The notes beneath the pieces were generated by a model. It was not told the origin of the DNA. It made no database searches and saw only the letters and a program-made list of their open reading frames with translations. A DNA stretch of 64,000 bases. Origin: Squalus acanthias (lineage: Eukaryota). The position numbers and the translations under genes were made by a program. The DNA lies in assembly GCA_030390025.1 (NCBI GenBank), contig CM059438.1, positions 744,001 to 808,000 on the forward strand, in the 5' to 3' direction. Below are positions 1-13,800 of this stretch, one piece after another. Numbering within the stretch: the first letter of the stretch is position 1; each line of letters opens with the position of its first letter.

Positions 1-180
1 CAACCCTCAGAAGAAATTTCTCATCTCTGTCCTAAATGGCCGACCCCTTATCCTGAGACTATGTCCCCTAGTTCTACACTCTCCAGCCAGGGGGAAACAG
101 CCACTCAGCATCTACCCTGTCAAGCTCTCTCAGAATCTCATAAGTTTCAATAAGATCACCTCTCATTCTTCTAAACTCCC
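1..180 (-). mobile_element. CR1 LINE ORF2 3' fragment
   Basis: Near-identical to the CR1 3' ends at 9190-9360 and 45735-45860 (ctcatctc.gtcctaaatggccgacccctt...ctcattcttctaaactc). Confidence 0.85.
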
Positions 181-888
181 AAAGCACTTTACAGCCAATG
201 AAGTACTTTTTAAAGTGTAGTCACTGTTGTAATGCAGGGAAACATGGAAGCCAATTTGCACACAGCAAGCTCCCACCAACAGCAATATGATGACAGCCAG
301 ATAATTTTTTTTAATGATGGTGATTCAGGGATAAATATTGGCCGGAACACCAGGGAGAACTCCCTTGTTCTTCTTCGAAATAGTGCCATGGGAACTTTTA
401 CGTCCACCTGAGGGGGCAGACGAGGCCTTGGTTCAACATCTCATCAGACAGACGGCACCTCTGACAGTGCAGCACTCCCTCAGCACTGCACTGGGAGTGC
501 CAGCCTGGATTATGGGCTCAAGTGTCAAAAATGTGCGGGTTAGGTTGATTTGGCTATGATAAATTGACCCTTAGTGTTAGGGGGGGATTAAATATGTGGG
601 GTTATGGGGATAGGATGGGATATGTTAGGTTGGGAATTAAATATGTGGGGTTACGGGGATAGGGTGGGATAGGTGCAGGCTCGATGTGGGGATTCTGTGT
701 GAGAAAGCAAGGACAGGGTACTGGATTTGGATGATCAGCCATGATCGTATTGAATGGTGGAGCAGGCTCGATGGGCCGAATGGCCTACTCCTGCTCCTAG
801 TTTCTATGTTTCTATGTAAGTGTCTGGAGTGGGACTTGAACCCACAACCTTCTGACGCGGAGGCGAGAGTGCTGCCCACTGAGCCCTG
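181..888 (-). mobile_element. tRNA-headed Deu-domain SINE (SacSINE1-like), interrupted at 527-817
   Basis: The minus strand has an A/B-box-like head (ggctcagtggg...ggttcaagtccc), a Deu-like core (gctgcactgtcagaggtgccgtc...cccatggcactatttcgaagaag) and a 3' tail cattggctgtaaagtgcttt. Confidence 0.75.
527..817 (+). mobile_element. HE1/V-SINE-like 3' part with CR1-derived tail, nested in the Deu SINE
   Basis: atgtgcgggttaggttgatttggctatgataaattg V-domain-like sequence. Tail gggccgaatggcctactcctgctcc followed by (tttctatg)2. TSD aagtgtc at 520-526 and 818-824. Confidence 0.7.
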
Positions 889-1899
889 TTAAGAAGTATC
901 TGGGTGAGGGTTATAAGAATTAGAACAGGATCATGCTCAGTTGTGATGTACCTTGTGATCGAAAACTCTACCAACACTTATTGTATGGGCTCACGGACAT
1001 GGATATGGGAACAGGGTGGATTGGACTGTTTATTAAAATGATTTGCTCGCGTGGAAAGTAAATGGCAATGTGGACTAGTTGGGCCAAATGGCCTGTTAGC
1101 AGGTTGTAATTTCTACGTATAGTACCGCCAATGGAGCAAATGAGACAGGATCATTAGACTTCATTGTGCAGCAGTTGCAGAGAAACTCAAAGTTTGGCCA
1201 CTGCACTGGAGGGCCGAGGCTTCACAGCTATATCATTCTGCAAGTTCGAAAAGGTGCAGAAATGGAAAGAGGTTAAAAACGGTTGTAGATCTTTGTCACA
1301 ACAGTTCCGAGAAGGGGCTACTCCTGGAACATTAACGTGTTTCTCAGATGCTGACTGATCGGCTGTGTGTTGCCAGCACCGGGTTTGTATTTTTAGATTT
1401 CCATCATCCAGTTTTTCCATTTTATTCCCGAGTGATCAATTCTTCTTGTAGCAATTTATGGCGGCGAGTCTGAGCTTTGAAAATTCCCTGCACCGGAGTC
1501 CCAAGCGTGCCACAGATTGCGCTTCTGGTTGTGCAAGGGGCTGGAGAGGCCAGAACATTATTTAGTTTTGCCTTGTGCCTTTGGCACTTGGCAACATGTT
1601 CAACCTCGTAAGATTTTCTTTTGGTGGAAAGTCTGTGATTGGAAGAGTCACAGACATTTCACAGCAGTCGGAACATTTGAAAACCAAAGAGAGATTCTTT
1701 GGTCCCAGTAACGATCGCTGCCGTACAGAAAGCAACGAGTAGCTCAGCTTACTGAGAGCCAAGGCCAAAGTAACCTCATTTCTGTGCCCAGTTCTGACAG
1801 GGAATTCATCCACCCCATGGTACCTTTAACATTTTTATAAATTTTAAAATAATATTCATTTCTAAAAGTATATATATTTTAAGTGAAACGTATCAGGAG

Positions 1900-2960
1900 A
1901 GGCGAGAGTAGCTGCCGTTGACATCAAGGCAGCTTTCGACTGAGTATGGCACCAAGGAGTCCTAGCAAAACTGAAGTCAATGGGAGTCAAAGGCAAACCC
2001 CTCGAGTGGCTGGAGTCATACTTGAAACAAAGGAAGATGGTTGTGGTTTCCAGAGGCCAGTCATCACAGCCCCAGGACATCGCTGCAGGAGTTCCTCAGG
2101 GCAGCATTCTCAGCCCAACACTGACCCTCCCTCCATCATAAAGTCAGAAGTGGGGCTATGCTGACTATTCCACAATGTTTAGCTCCATTCTTCCAATCAT
2201 GAAACAACCCATGTTGGCGTCAAGCAGAACCTGGATAACATTGAGGCTTAGGCTGACAAGTGGCAGGTAGCAACCATTTCAAAAAAGAGAAAGCCCAGTC
2301 ATCTCCCCATGACATTCAACAACACCACCACTGCTTAGTCGTCATCCCCCCCCACCCCCCACTATCAATATCTTAAGGGTCACCATTGACCATAAGCTTA
2401 ACCGGACAAGCCATATCAGCACCATGGCTACAAGAGCAGGACCGTGACTGGGTACAACTGTGACAAGTGGCTCACCTCCTCAAAGCCTCAACACTATTTA
2501 CAAGGTTCAAGTCAGGAGAGTATTGGAATACTCACCACTCGCTGGATGGGTGCAGCCACAATAACACAAAAAGCTCGACAACATACAGGACGGAGCAGTT
2601 TGCTTGATTGGTGCCCCTGCCACTGGACTCAACATCTATTCCTTCCACCACCAGCACACCATTGCTTCAGTATATACGAACAACAGGATGCACTGCAGCA
2701 ACTCGTCGAGGTTAATTGGACAGCAACCCCTACCACAACTATCAAGTCACACACCATTATGACAGACATATATTAGTTCCTTCATCATCAATGTGTCAAT
2801 ATCCTGGAATTCCCGACACCACCGTGGGAGCATCATCACCACAAGGACGACAGCAGCTCAAGGAAAAGGCCTACCATCGTCTTCTCAGGACGACAAGGGA
2901 ATGGGCATTAAATGTGGCCTCACCAGTGTCACCCATCTCCCGAGAACAAACAGAAATATT
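1900..2960 (+). mobile_element. Degenerate non-LTR retrotransposon (CR1/L2-clade RT 3' half), same family as 51487-52660
   Basis: Co-linear similarity to 51500-52640 (gacatcaaggcagc, gctgcaggagttcctcagggcag, tcaccattgac). Frameshifted. Confidence 0.8.
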
Positions 2961-4877
2961 TAAAAAAACTCGAGAACAAGGCAATTTGTAGGAACTTTCA
3001 AGTTTTTTTGTTGTGCTGTGTTGTACAGGTTACAGGCTCTCAAAGCCTGTGGATTTAAAAATGAGTCTCTATGGATTAATGTGCAAAGTAGATATGGGAA
3101 ATTTCAATAATGGCAAGGTTCTGGTGAGAAATCTCATTTGTTACAAAGTAACAGTGCAAGTACGATATGCTTTGCTTGAAATGCTTATTATGTGCTGCCT
3201 GTGGTGACTTTTGTCACTCATTCAACTCAGAGGGTCTACTTCTGCACACCAATCCTATCAGACTGCATTGCGTATCCTAAACCTTGCTGCTCAATCTCCC
3301 ATCTTTACACCGCAAGACAGATTCAGCAACAGGTAACTGCGCATGTGCGAGATTCAATCCTGCATAGCTGCTCTGAATTTGTGAGGGCAACTTTAAAGCA
3401 ACCAGCCTTGCACAAATCCTGCGCATGAGCAGTTAGTGCAAAATTGCATTCTCAACTTGGCCTATCTGGTGTGCACCTTTCCAGAGTATGAGGGGAAGGT
3501 CTTTAACAGACCAGCAATGTCAAAAATGTATCACTGGCCCATGGGGATGGGTTGAGAGATCAGCCACCATGTCAACTAGACCAAAAGGGCAGTGATCCTA
3601 ACGTACATACTTCTGGCAGCCACTGTTTCATGCCTGCTGCTGCCAGCTACCCAGCAAGAGGCACCTGGAAAAATGCCTTCCAAAAGGAGTATGTACATCT
3701 GCAGTTGCATTGCTGTTGCCTTGCTTACGTCACTAGTCATCCCATGAACTATTAACGCAGCACGAACACCACCACCAGAAGAGGGACTGGAAGAAAAGAG
3801 CTGAGAAAGTAAAGTTTCAATCTCAAGAAAGAAACGTTGCACCGTAAATATAGGGAAAGAAACAGGAATTTATAGTATTTTACAAAAAAGATTAAATCTC
3901 TCCGGTCTCAGTGGGTTGTTAAAAAAATTGACTTGGTACAGCCATGAACTAGTAAATACAACTAATGTATGAAAAAACCTTAACTGGATTAAATAAAAAT
4001 TAAAAGTATTGGTTTTGTATTTTTCTCCCATTTCATAATTTTTTGTGATGACATATTGCATATATGTGCATACCGTATTTTAAATTGTTGTCACTAATAT
4101 CTTGGTAATGTGAAACGGATGTATCAAATATTAACACCCTGTCCACTTAAAACGATGAAAAGTCAGTATGTGTCCTACCAAACGTGGTAGTATCTGAAGA
4201 GAGCATTTCAAGCTGGGTAGCACTAGGGTGCATACTAGTGGTTGCAAGTCTGTCACTGGCATTGGTGGAAGCAATCTGAGGTAATGGATATTGTAAATCA
4301 AGAAATATCAATACAAAGAATATTACTCAAGGCTGCCAGTACCTTTGTGCTAAGACACATTTACAGTAACTGCGTAAAGTTAAGATTCATCGCAAATTTA
4401 AATTTGCAAAAAGAACATTTCTCGAACAGCAAAAACTTCCTGATTGACAGCATCTTACAAGAATTGTATTGGCAAAACATTAAGCTGTGTTGGCTTAAGT
4501 GTAATTTTTCCTACAGCATTTCTACCAATACATTAAACAAGTCAGGTGACAACAGTTTAATACAGGCAGCATTGTGCATTGCAAAACCAAACCAAAGCCA
4601 ACGGAAGTGAACTACCTCCAGAATTTAGCAAGGTTAACATCTAAAGCTGGCACTGTTACTAAAATCTCTAAAAGTTCCTGAGTTTCAACAGTGACTGCCA
4701 TTAACCCAAATGGTTTTCAGGGCCTGAACAATCCAGATAGGTTTATTCACTTCTAGGCTTATTTTCTGACTCTCACGGGCAGACGTTGTTTTCCCCTCCC
4801 ATTTTCTGCTTCTCCTGGTGCCATACAAAACATCTCCAAAACATAAACTTTTTTGAAAGTCAGTCAGTCAGATACTG

Positions 4878-5358
4878 AACTGCAATTACCAGTATTTTGT
4901 TTTTATTTCAGATTCCCAACATTTATTTTGCTGCCATAACTGACAGTGAACTTCTAAAGACCGACACACCATTGTCTGTAGACAGCAGTCTATTTGACTG
5001 TATGAACACAAAGATTTTCCTTGTGTTAAAAACAGATTTCCACACTGCTAGCCAGCCAATAACAAGAAAATTGCAGAAATGTCTTAAATTCAGTTATTTT
5101 GTTGGACTGGGGGGGGGTAGGGGATGTTGTGCTACAGTAAAAGTTTAGATATGGTGTACTGTACAAGGCTAATTGTGATTTCTAAAATGCCAACATGGCG
5201 CACTCTATATTCTGGTAGTGATCGATGAAGCTTAGAGTCGTGTAATATGGAAACCTAATCAACACCTCTCCTCACCACTGCTATCTAGAGGAGTACGGGT
5301 GGAAACAAAGTTACACTGACAAACTTGACTTCAATACAGCTGGACTCATTCAAATACT
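4878..5358 (+). repeat. Direct local duplication, copy A (about 480 bp)
   Basis: Aligns co-linearly with 6683-7159, from ctgcaattaccagtattttg to caaatacta. Confidence 0.9.
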
Positions 5359-6682
5359 ACAGGGGCGAGGGTTGTAAATGCAAGTGTACTGCTTCAAAGT
5401 TCAAAGTGAGTGGGAAGGCTGCCAGAAATTTGTGCCATACTGAGAGCTCTTCAGAGAACAAAATGTTCAAGGAAATAAATAAAAACAAAGCAAAGCTTTG
5501 AGGATTAAAAAAAACAAAATTAACAGACAGCATAAAATTTAACAAACAAAATTTATTAGAAGAATAGTGTTTTTGTACCGAAACTGAGCCTAGCAACCAG
5601 TGAGTACTACAAACACATTACAGTTAGAATTTGTGTTATTTGTTAAAACTCCATGTTATTCTTATGCGATAACAATCAAAAATTCCCACATGCACAGAGA
5701 CAGAATCAATGTTTTCCAACATACTGTACAATGCAAAGGACCTCACAAATTACAAAAAATCTAAAAGTACTGGTCACTTACAGTAAGACACAGGGTATTT
5801 CAGTATTCCAGTTGAAATTAATTTGCATTTTTAAAACAAATCAATTAACAGTAGTGCAAAAAAATCATAAGTGCCACAACAGCAGTACAAAACATTGCTA
5901 ATAAATGGACACAGAATCAAGAAATACATTTATAAACGACGGCAAAATAAGCTTTTAAAAAAAATTCGACAATTCTTTCGGACTGTAAACTGTTATAATA
6001 AGAGGTCAAGCAGACCAAATGGGCACCCGTTTTTTGAACATTACCTGAATCTGGGAAGATGAGCTAGTTTAAGAATGGGGCAGTATTGGGAACGGTCAAG
6101 GTAGCAGTGCTCAAAATCTGGCCGGGGCTATTTGTGGTCACGTGTACCTCAGCAGACTTGCGGCACCACACGTCACTGGGCTTTAAATCATAAGCCTGCC
6201 TCTCCATCACATGGTCAAACCAGGATACGTACATAAAGAGGGAGAGACAAACAAATCTTAAGCAAGTCACTGCTCAAGATTATGGGCCTCAACAAAACGA
6301 TAAGATAACACCCCTGCAGTAAAGCAACATCCAGTGACATTATAGATTATTAAGGGAGGGCTGGATATGACACACACCTTACTCCCAACTCAACTGGTTA
6401 GCAGCTGTAGCTTACACTGAATATTCTGCAGCCAACACTAGTAGAAATTCCTGAAATATGAGATTGAGGTAATGTGCTTTTGACAATAAAAGTACAGTTT
6501 ATTAAAGTGTGAGTGTATAATTCTGAGGTATTAATAGTGTCTTTGATATTGATCAGCACAGCCAGAAAGCTTTGTTGCCATTTTTGACGGATTGTGCGGG
6601 GCTCTTCTGACACCACGAGTTCTGGTGGAGAGTCCCACCTGAAACATTAACCTTTACTTCGCCCTTTCAGATGATGACTGAT

Positions 6683-7159
6683 CTGCAATTACCAGTATTT
6701 TGTATTTATTTCAGATTCCCAACATTTACTTTGCTGCTGTAACTGACAGTGAATTTCTAAAGACTGATGTACCATTGTCTGTAGACAGCAGTCTATGTGA
6801 CTGTATGAACACACAGATTTTCCTTGTGTAAAACGCATTTCCACACTGCTAGACAGCCAATGAGAAAATTGCAGAAATTTCTTAAATTCAGTTATTTTGT
6901 TGGAGGTGGTGGGAAAGGGATGTTGTACTACAGTAGAAGTTTAGATATGGCGTATTGTATAGGGCCAATTGTGGTTTCTAAAATGCCAACATGGCCCACT
7001 CTATATTCTGGTACCTGATCCATGAAGCTTAGAGTCGTGTAATATGGAAACCTAATCAACACCTCTCCTCACCACTGCTATCTAAAGAGGAGTACGGGGG
7101 AGGGGGGGAAATAAACAAAGTTACATTGCCAGACTTGACTTTAATACAGCTCAAATACT
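6683..7159 (+). repeat. Direct local duplication, copy B
   Basis: Aligns with 4878-5358. Its left end is continuous with a degenerate Penelope-type pLTR relic (6618-6735). Confidence 0.9.
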
Positions 7160-7598
7160 AAACTAATTAACAAGCACAGCTCTTTGTACTAGGAGTATTG
7201 TGCCTGCATTGTCTGGGCAGGAGTCACCAATTTAGAGACCATTGAAAAAACACAGCAAATCTGATTTAATACCAGTAAGTAATTCCCACATAACACTCCA
7301 GATTTTTTTTGCTAGAGAATATTAAACCTTTTAAAGGGAAATCAGCCAGACAAATGTGTCCCACTGCTGAATCAATGCAGACTCCACCCTATGTCTACCA
7401 TGTAAATAGGATTAAAAATCGACTTTTAAAATGGGGGGGTGGGTGGAAAACAACACCAGGTTTTGAAATTTGCAGTACAAAGACCATCGACTCTGCCTTC
7501 TACCCCACCCCTATGATTCACTCGTGCAACTTCACAGCCACTCATTCAATGTATCGCTATGTCTGGATACTGTAGCTGGTTTCACTGGGTATTTAGAC

Positions 7599-7715
7599 TG
7601 GGTAGTTATTCACTGGGTATTTATTCACTTCACCCGACGAAGGAGTAGTAAGCTCCGAAAGCTTGTGATTTCAAATAAAACTGTTGGACTATAACCTGGT
7701 GTTGTGCGACCTCTC
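7599..7715 (+). mobile_element. Penelope-like pLTR fragment, family A, with degenerate hammerhead (CCGACGA core)
   Basis: tcac-CCGACGA-aggag...ctcc-GAAA-gctt-gtga followed by tttcaaataaaactgttggactataacctggtgttgtgcgac. TSD tatttagac at 7590-7598 and 7716-7724. Confidence 0.75.
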
Positions 7716-8955
7716 TATTTAGACAATGGCAGCAAAATATAATCATGCACTATCCCGTGAGCACCCCACTCCCCCGTCGGCCTCGCTCTAAAAAGTGATC
7801 ACATGTAATTCGGCGTGTATGACACAGCAATATGTCTTCACACTGTGGTACATGCTAATTTTACACAAGACAGATTTAGTGGGATAATACCAGGGATTAG
7901 AGATTTAAGAAAACACTCGAGCTGAGGTTAAAGGGGGATCTAGTACAATTTGATATAGTTTGTCCCTTCAGCCCCAACCTACAAAAATTGGCAATTATAA
8001 ACAGCTGAATTTCTACAAACATTTAAAAAATGTAAACAGTATTGTTGAAATAAGGTGCGTTCAGAAAACAGAGCCCAGGAAGTCTGTACAGAAACACACA
8101 ATTGTGGAGACAGAATGCCGCTATAAATGTCAGAGGCACTGTGTAGAAAAAACGCAGCTTCAGTTTGGCGGACTAGGTTTTTGTTAAACTGAGTAAAATC
8201 AACATTCACCAACAGATGTGCTGTAACACTTAAAAAAGTCACTATTAGATTTAACAATCTAGCTTAAAGTACCTGCACTAAGTAAGTGGTTTTGAAGTAG
8301 TGTGTCAAATGTCCCTGAGGGTTTTCTTAAAACAGTAATAGTTAGAGGTGCTATTTTTTTTTTAAAGTCACTTATTCTTCTTAGTTAACATAAAAACACA
8401 CAGTACAGCACAACCAGCACAATTGAAACAACCAAAGGGATTATTAAAACCAAAAAGGGTTTGTTTCTTTGATGTGCATCTAAGTAATGACAGTTCATAC
8501 AGCTCTTCCATTTTCTTCCTCCATCATCTTAAAACTGTTGCTTTCCAATGTGATGTGTGCCTTCATCTTTGTACCACACAAGCCAATATAATTCTCGTGA
8601 AATATCTTTTGTATTTTATAGGGACATCACAATTGTGACAAGTTACAGTGACATCACTGGAATCTGTCTGCAATCAACAGAGCCTGCATTTAAAATGGGA
8701 CATTTCCATCAACTTCTTTGGATTATAATTACTTAGCTAACAAGTGGTAATGATTAGAATACGTGATGAGGAGTCATGTGATACAATTTACATCTGACTT
8801 TTGGCATTGACACAATCTCATCTGTTGCTAAGAGTATAACGAGGTATAAATCGCAGCCTGTGGTATTTTATCATGTATCCGTCATTCCTCTTGTACATAG
8901 AAGTTCTCCTCTCAAAAAGTGTGGTTTATTAATGAAATGACAAAAAAAAATTGGC

Positions 8956-10335
8956 CATAGAAACATAGAAGATTGGAGCAGGAGTAGGCCATTCGGCCCC
9001 TCGAGCCTGCTCCGCCATTCAATGCGATCATGGCTGATCATCCAAATTCAGTAACCTGTCCCTGCTTTCTCCCCATATCCCTTGATCCCCTTAGCCTTAA
9101 GAAATATATCCAACTCCTTCTTGAACATATTTAATGAATTGGACTCAACTGTCTTCTGTGGTAGAGAATTCCACAGGTTCACCACTCTCTGGGTGAAGAA
9201 ATTCCTCATCTCAGTCCTAAATGGCTTACCACTTATCCTTAGACTGTGACCCCTGGTTCTGGACTCCCCCGCCATCGGGAACAGCCTTCCTGCATCTAGT
9301 CTGTCCAGTCCCATTAGAATTTTATAAGTTTCAATGAGATCCCCTCTCATTCTTCTAAACTCTAGCGCATATAAGCCTAATCGACCCAATCTCTCTTCAT
9401 ACATCATTCCTGCCATCCCAGGTATCAGTCTGGTGAATCTTCGCTGCACTCCCTCCATGGCAAGAACATCCTTCCTCAGATAAGGCGACCAAAACTGCAC
9501 ACAACTCACCAAGGCCCTGTACAACTGCAGCAAGACATCCTTGCTCCTGTACTCAAATCCTCTCGCTATGAAGGCCAACATACCATTTGCCTTCTTAACC
9601 GCATGCTGCACCTGCATGCTTACCTTCAGCGACTGGTGCACAAGGACACCCAGGTCTTGTTGCACTTCCCCTTTTCCCAATCTATTGCCGTTCAGATAAT
9701 AATCTGTCTTCCTGTTTTTGCCACCAAAGTGGATAACCTCGTATTTATCCACATTATACTGCATCTGCCATGCATCTGCCCAATCACCCAACCTGTCCAA
9801 ATCATCCTGGAGTTTCTCTGCATCCTCCTCACAGCACACACGCCCACCCAGCTTTGTGTCGTCTGCAAACTTGGAGATATTACATCTAGTTCCCTCGTCT
9901 AGATCATTAATATATTTGTGAATAACTGGGGTCCTAGCACCGATCCCTGCGGTACCCCACTAGTCACTGCCTGCCACTCGGAAAAAGACCCGTTTATTCC
10001 AACTCTTTGCTTCCTGTCTGCCAACCAGTTCTCTATCCAAGTCAGTACCTTACCCCCAATCCCATGTGCTTTAACTTTGCACGCTAATCTCTTATGCGGG
10101 ACCTTATCGAAAGCCTTCTGAAAGTCCAAATACACCACATCCACTGGTTCTCCCTTATCTATTCTACCAGTTACATCCTCAAAAAATTCCAGTAGATTAG
10201 TCAAGCATGATTTACCTTTTGTAAATCCATGTTGACTTTGTCCGATCCTGTCACTGTTTTCCAAGTGCTCTGCTATTACATCTTTTATAATGGACTCTAG
10301 CATTTTGCCCACTACCGATGTCAGGCTTACCGGTC
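8956..10335 (-). mobile_element. CR1 LINE (HER1-like), 5'-truncated; RT with one frameshift
   Basis: ORFs 9899..10312 (QHGFTKGKSCLTNLLEFFE, YLDFQKAFDKVPH, GVPQGSVLGP) and 9048..9839 (RT C-terminus). 3' terminal stem-loop and ttctatg repeats. Confidence 0.93.
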
Positions 10336-10790
10336 CATCTCATTACAAAATCTTTAGTGTGTATAGAGAAGATGGCATTAGCGACTGTGTGAGGAACCTA
10401 AAAAACCTGCAGCAACCCAGCAGGATGAAGGAAAATACGTGAAGGCAAGGAATGTAAAGAGCAACTGGGGAACTTAAGTATTCCATATTCTAAGCATGTA
10501 TATCTTCTCATACTTGGCTCTACTCATCTCTTACCACAATAACAGAAGACAATACTTCCCAGTAATCCAGATACCTGATCAGTATTTTCTACTACAACCT
10601 TAACCAATTCATCAAAAAAGTTCCAGAAAATCAAGCTCAAGTTTAAAGCCCTCCAGCTGGGGTAAACAGTAAAGTTGCTACAACTGGCATTTGGTATCTT
10701 TGGGCTGTGTTTGGGGGGCGGTGAAAGAAGATGGGAGTGCACGTGCAGATGTTGAGTAAGGAAACTATCAGGCTCTGTTGCAATTCCAGC

Positions 10791-10870
10791 CAACAACAAC
10801 AACAAGTATTTATATAGCACCTTTAACGTAGTAAAACGTCCCAAGGCACTTCACAGGAGCATTATAAGAC
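10791..10870 (-). mobile_element. L2-type LINE/SINE 3' tail
   Basis: (caa)n-gtatttatatagcacctttaacgtagtaaaacgtcccaaggcacttcacaggagc. The same tail occurs at 14825-14895, 38715-38790, 42420-42490 and 43376-43445. Confidence 0.65.
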
Positions 10871-13800
10871 GGTTAAATAGCCTTCCAACATTCACGGTCA
10901 AGGCTTTTCACACAAATAAAGGCCATTTGGGAAAGGTCCTGGAAACTGAGAGAAAATGGTGAGAAAAAATACCTGAGTTTCAAGCTGCTTGTGAAACGAG
11001 ATGCACATCAAAAAGAAACAAAGCCCACCTTTCTGTCAACATTTTAGTCTTTCCCCTCCCCCCTCCAAGCACGTAGCATATCAGAATCAGCAGATGCATT
11101 TTAAAAATTAAAAACAGAGGCATTTTACATCATGAATATACTGCACACACCACAGACCTGGAAACAAAGTAGTGGCATTTAAAAATCTGGAACGAATAGA
11201 TTTGAAATGCCTCAACAGATATATACTGTACAGTCCGTTTTTCTGCTTTGAAACAGGGAACAAGTGCAGCTATAATAAATTGACAAATTATTCTGAGCAT
11301 CCCGACATGTTCACAGTCAATACTGCAGCCAGATTTTCCTGAACTCTCTAAAGTAGCCTCTCTTATCATTGCTGCGTCAGGTATGATGAGCCATAAATCA
11401 CGTCCAGAATGCAGAATATTTCAAACTCTGGGCAGGCCCAATATGTTCACTATAGTCACCCCAAGAAAAGCTGCTTTCCTGTAAACAAGCTTTGGGAAGT
11501 TATTCCCAACCTCATCACTCCCTTATGTACCAACTCCCCCCGACCCCTAAGAATGCAAATTCTTAAACTGGGTTGGTTGTAAATGTGTGTAAAAATCGGT
11601 AAATTTAGTACATTTATATGGAGGAATATATTATATATATAGTCCACATTCACTGGTAAGACTTTGAGGCAATAATCTATATACATTTTGCAACTTTCCT
11701 CCCCTCCTCTCTCTCGAGCATGTGGACTCTTGTTGGGGTGATTCCAAAGGTACTTTAGGTACCTCACACAAGTAGATTACTCAATCATAAATGGATACAC
11801 AACCAAGCACCGGACGTTCACAAGAGCACCAATATCCAGCTGGGATCCTGACTGGCTAACTGTAGCCCACCAACTGCTGGCCCTGCGGAGATTTGGTAGC
11901 TCAGTACAGACATGGGATTGAACCTCAGATCTTTTAGTCTGTATTACTTAATGCTGCATTGGGCAGTATCTTTACCCACCTGGCCATCAGAAGACCAATA
12001 CTTTTTTAAGCTAGTAAAAATCCGTGCAAAGTGCATGGAGGATATGCAAGAGGAGAAATGAAACACTGATCCAGCAAACTGCAACAGTAAGAGATCTCTT
12101 CCATTCCCTCCCCTTCAAAAAAGGTCACGGCTGCATGCAAGAGCCCATTTGGTTAGAACCCTGGGCCGTATCAAATTAAAAACAAGATTAGGGATTACAT
12201 AGTACTGCTTTCAGTTCTTCAATGGACCATCAACCAAATACTGGTTGTTGTCACTATCCAAGCAGTAACCAGAACTGGACTTATTTCACACACAGCCTGT
12301 TGTCATATGCCAGTTTTCAGTCCAGCTGGGAGTTAACTGCTGGTTGCACATGTAACATCATTCTCCCTACTGATCAAATAGTGCTTGGGAAATCAGAAAA
12401 CTGTCATTGTCCACTGTTTCCTGGTGCTGCAGAAGTAATTTTACATAAACCCTGTCTTCCAGCACAGAGGATGTGCCTGTTGCTGAAACACAAAGGTTAG
12501 TAATTTTCAGTCACGTTTACTGTGCTGAAGGATGGACCACATCTATAAAAGATCTGCTGCTCGGTCAAGGTTTTTGCCCTCTAATCCGGCAAAAAAAAAT
12601 CAAGAAGTAGAGAAAATACCCGACCATTTTAACCTTGATATGTTAACTCTGGAATGCAGAGCAACTGAAACTGGCTTCAGTATCGAATGATGAACAATTT
12701 CAGGCTTACAATAAAAGACAACTACATTACGCACAAAGATTACTTTACACAGACAGTATTGTCACTAGGATTTCAATAAAACATGATGGTAGGAGTGAGG
12801 AACTTTCACATTATGTCCACTTGAATTGTGAAAAGCACTCAGAATGCAATTATAAATTCGGTCCTCTCAAAATGGGCTGTGTCTGCACAGAGCATTGAGT
12901 CTGTAACATCAGGGTAAATACTGATGGTTACTGCTCTGTCACTGACGGTGTTAGTGATGGAAGCGATTTGAGATGAATTATCATACACGTGCACTGGCAC
13001 ACCATTAAAACATATTAAATGTAATTTTTTCCTATAGCTTGTTGGTACCAATACACTAAATAAACCTAGTGACAACAAAGACAAGGATGACATTATGAAT
13101 TATGGTATTAAAGAGTACTTTTGATATAAACTGAAGACTTGTAGGAAGCTAGCCTTGGGAAAGGGGGAAAAGATTATTTTTAAAAAGACCTGTATGACAG
13201 CGAAGTGAGAATGAATACATCAGAAAGAGTACTGTGTAATACTGAGAAGCACTACAGCAGTCAATCCCTCATTTACTGTAGGTTATAAAGCAGAGAAATG
13301 TGAGCATTTGGTCATCGAAATGTACAGGAGTGATACAAGTCCGTAAACACTTAGAAAATACTGCACTGTTAAAGAGTATCATCGCTTTCATTCTGCTCTA
13401 TTTATACATACATTACAAACTTCAATCTACCATCTAGGTTTCCAAATTCAGATTTTAAATGATATACAGTTTTTTTTTTTTTAAAAGAAAGTTTACACAG
13501 TAACAATACCTTCAAGGGCTAGGCACACCATTTAATGAATCCATTCTGGACATAATACTGACTCAATGTCACTTCAAATCAAATTCAAGAACTTTGTGAA
13601 GAGCAAAGCATGATGATGATGATGATGCAATAGGATATCTGCTACAGAGAATTTTGTCCACTCTAATCCCTTCACTGATAGATTGAACAAGATTTCTGTT
13701 CACGAACAGCTGGGAAACATAAAATGGGATTCCAGCATTGATAAGCTCTTTAATCTTTTTAAATTAAGGCAAAATAAAAATAAAGCTGCAATCTTTAGAC

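Noticed and set aside
820-888. tRNA gene
   Set aside because: A/B-box-like sequence is a SINE head. No full cloverleaf.
1300-1415. Additional hammerhead in Penelope relics (also 6618-6660 and 40120-40270)
   Set aside because: Catalytic core and stems are too decayed to call.
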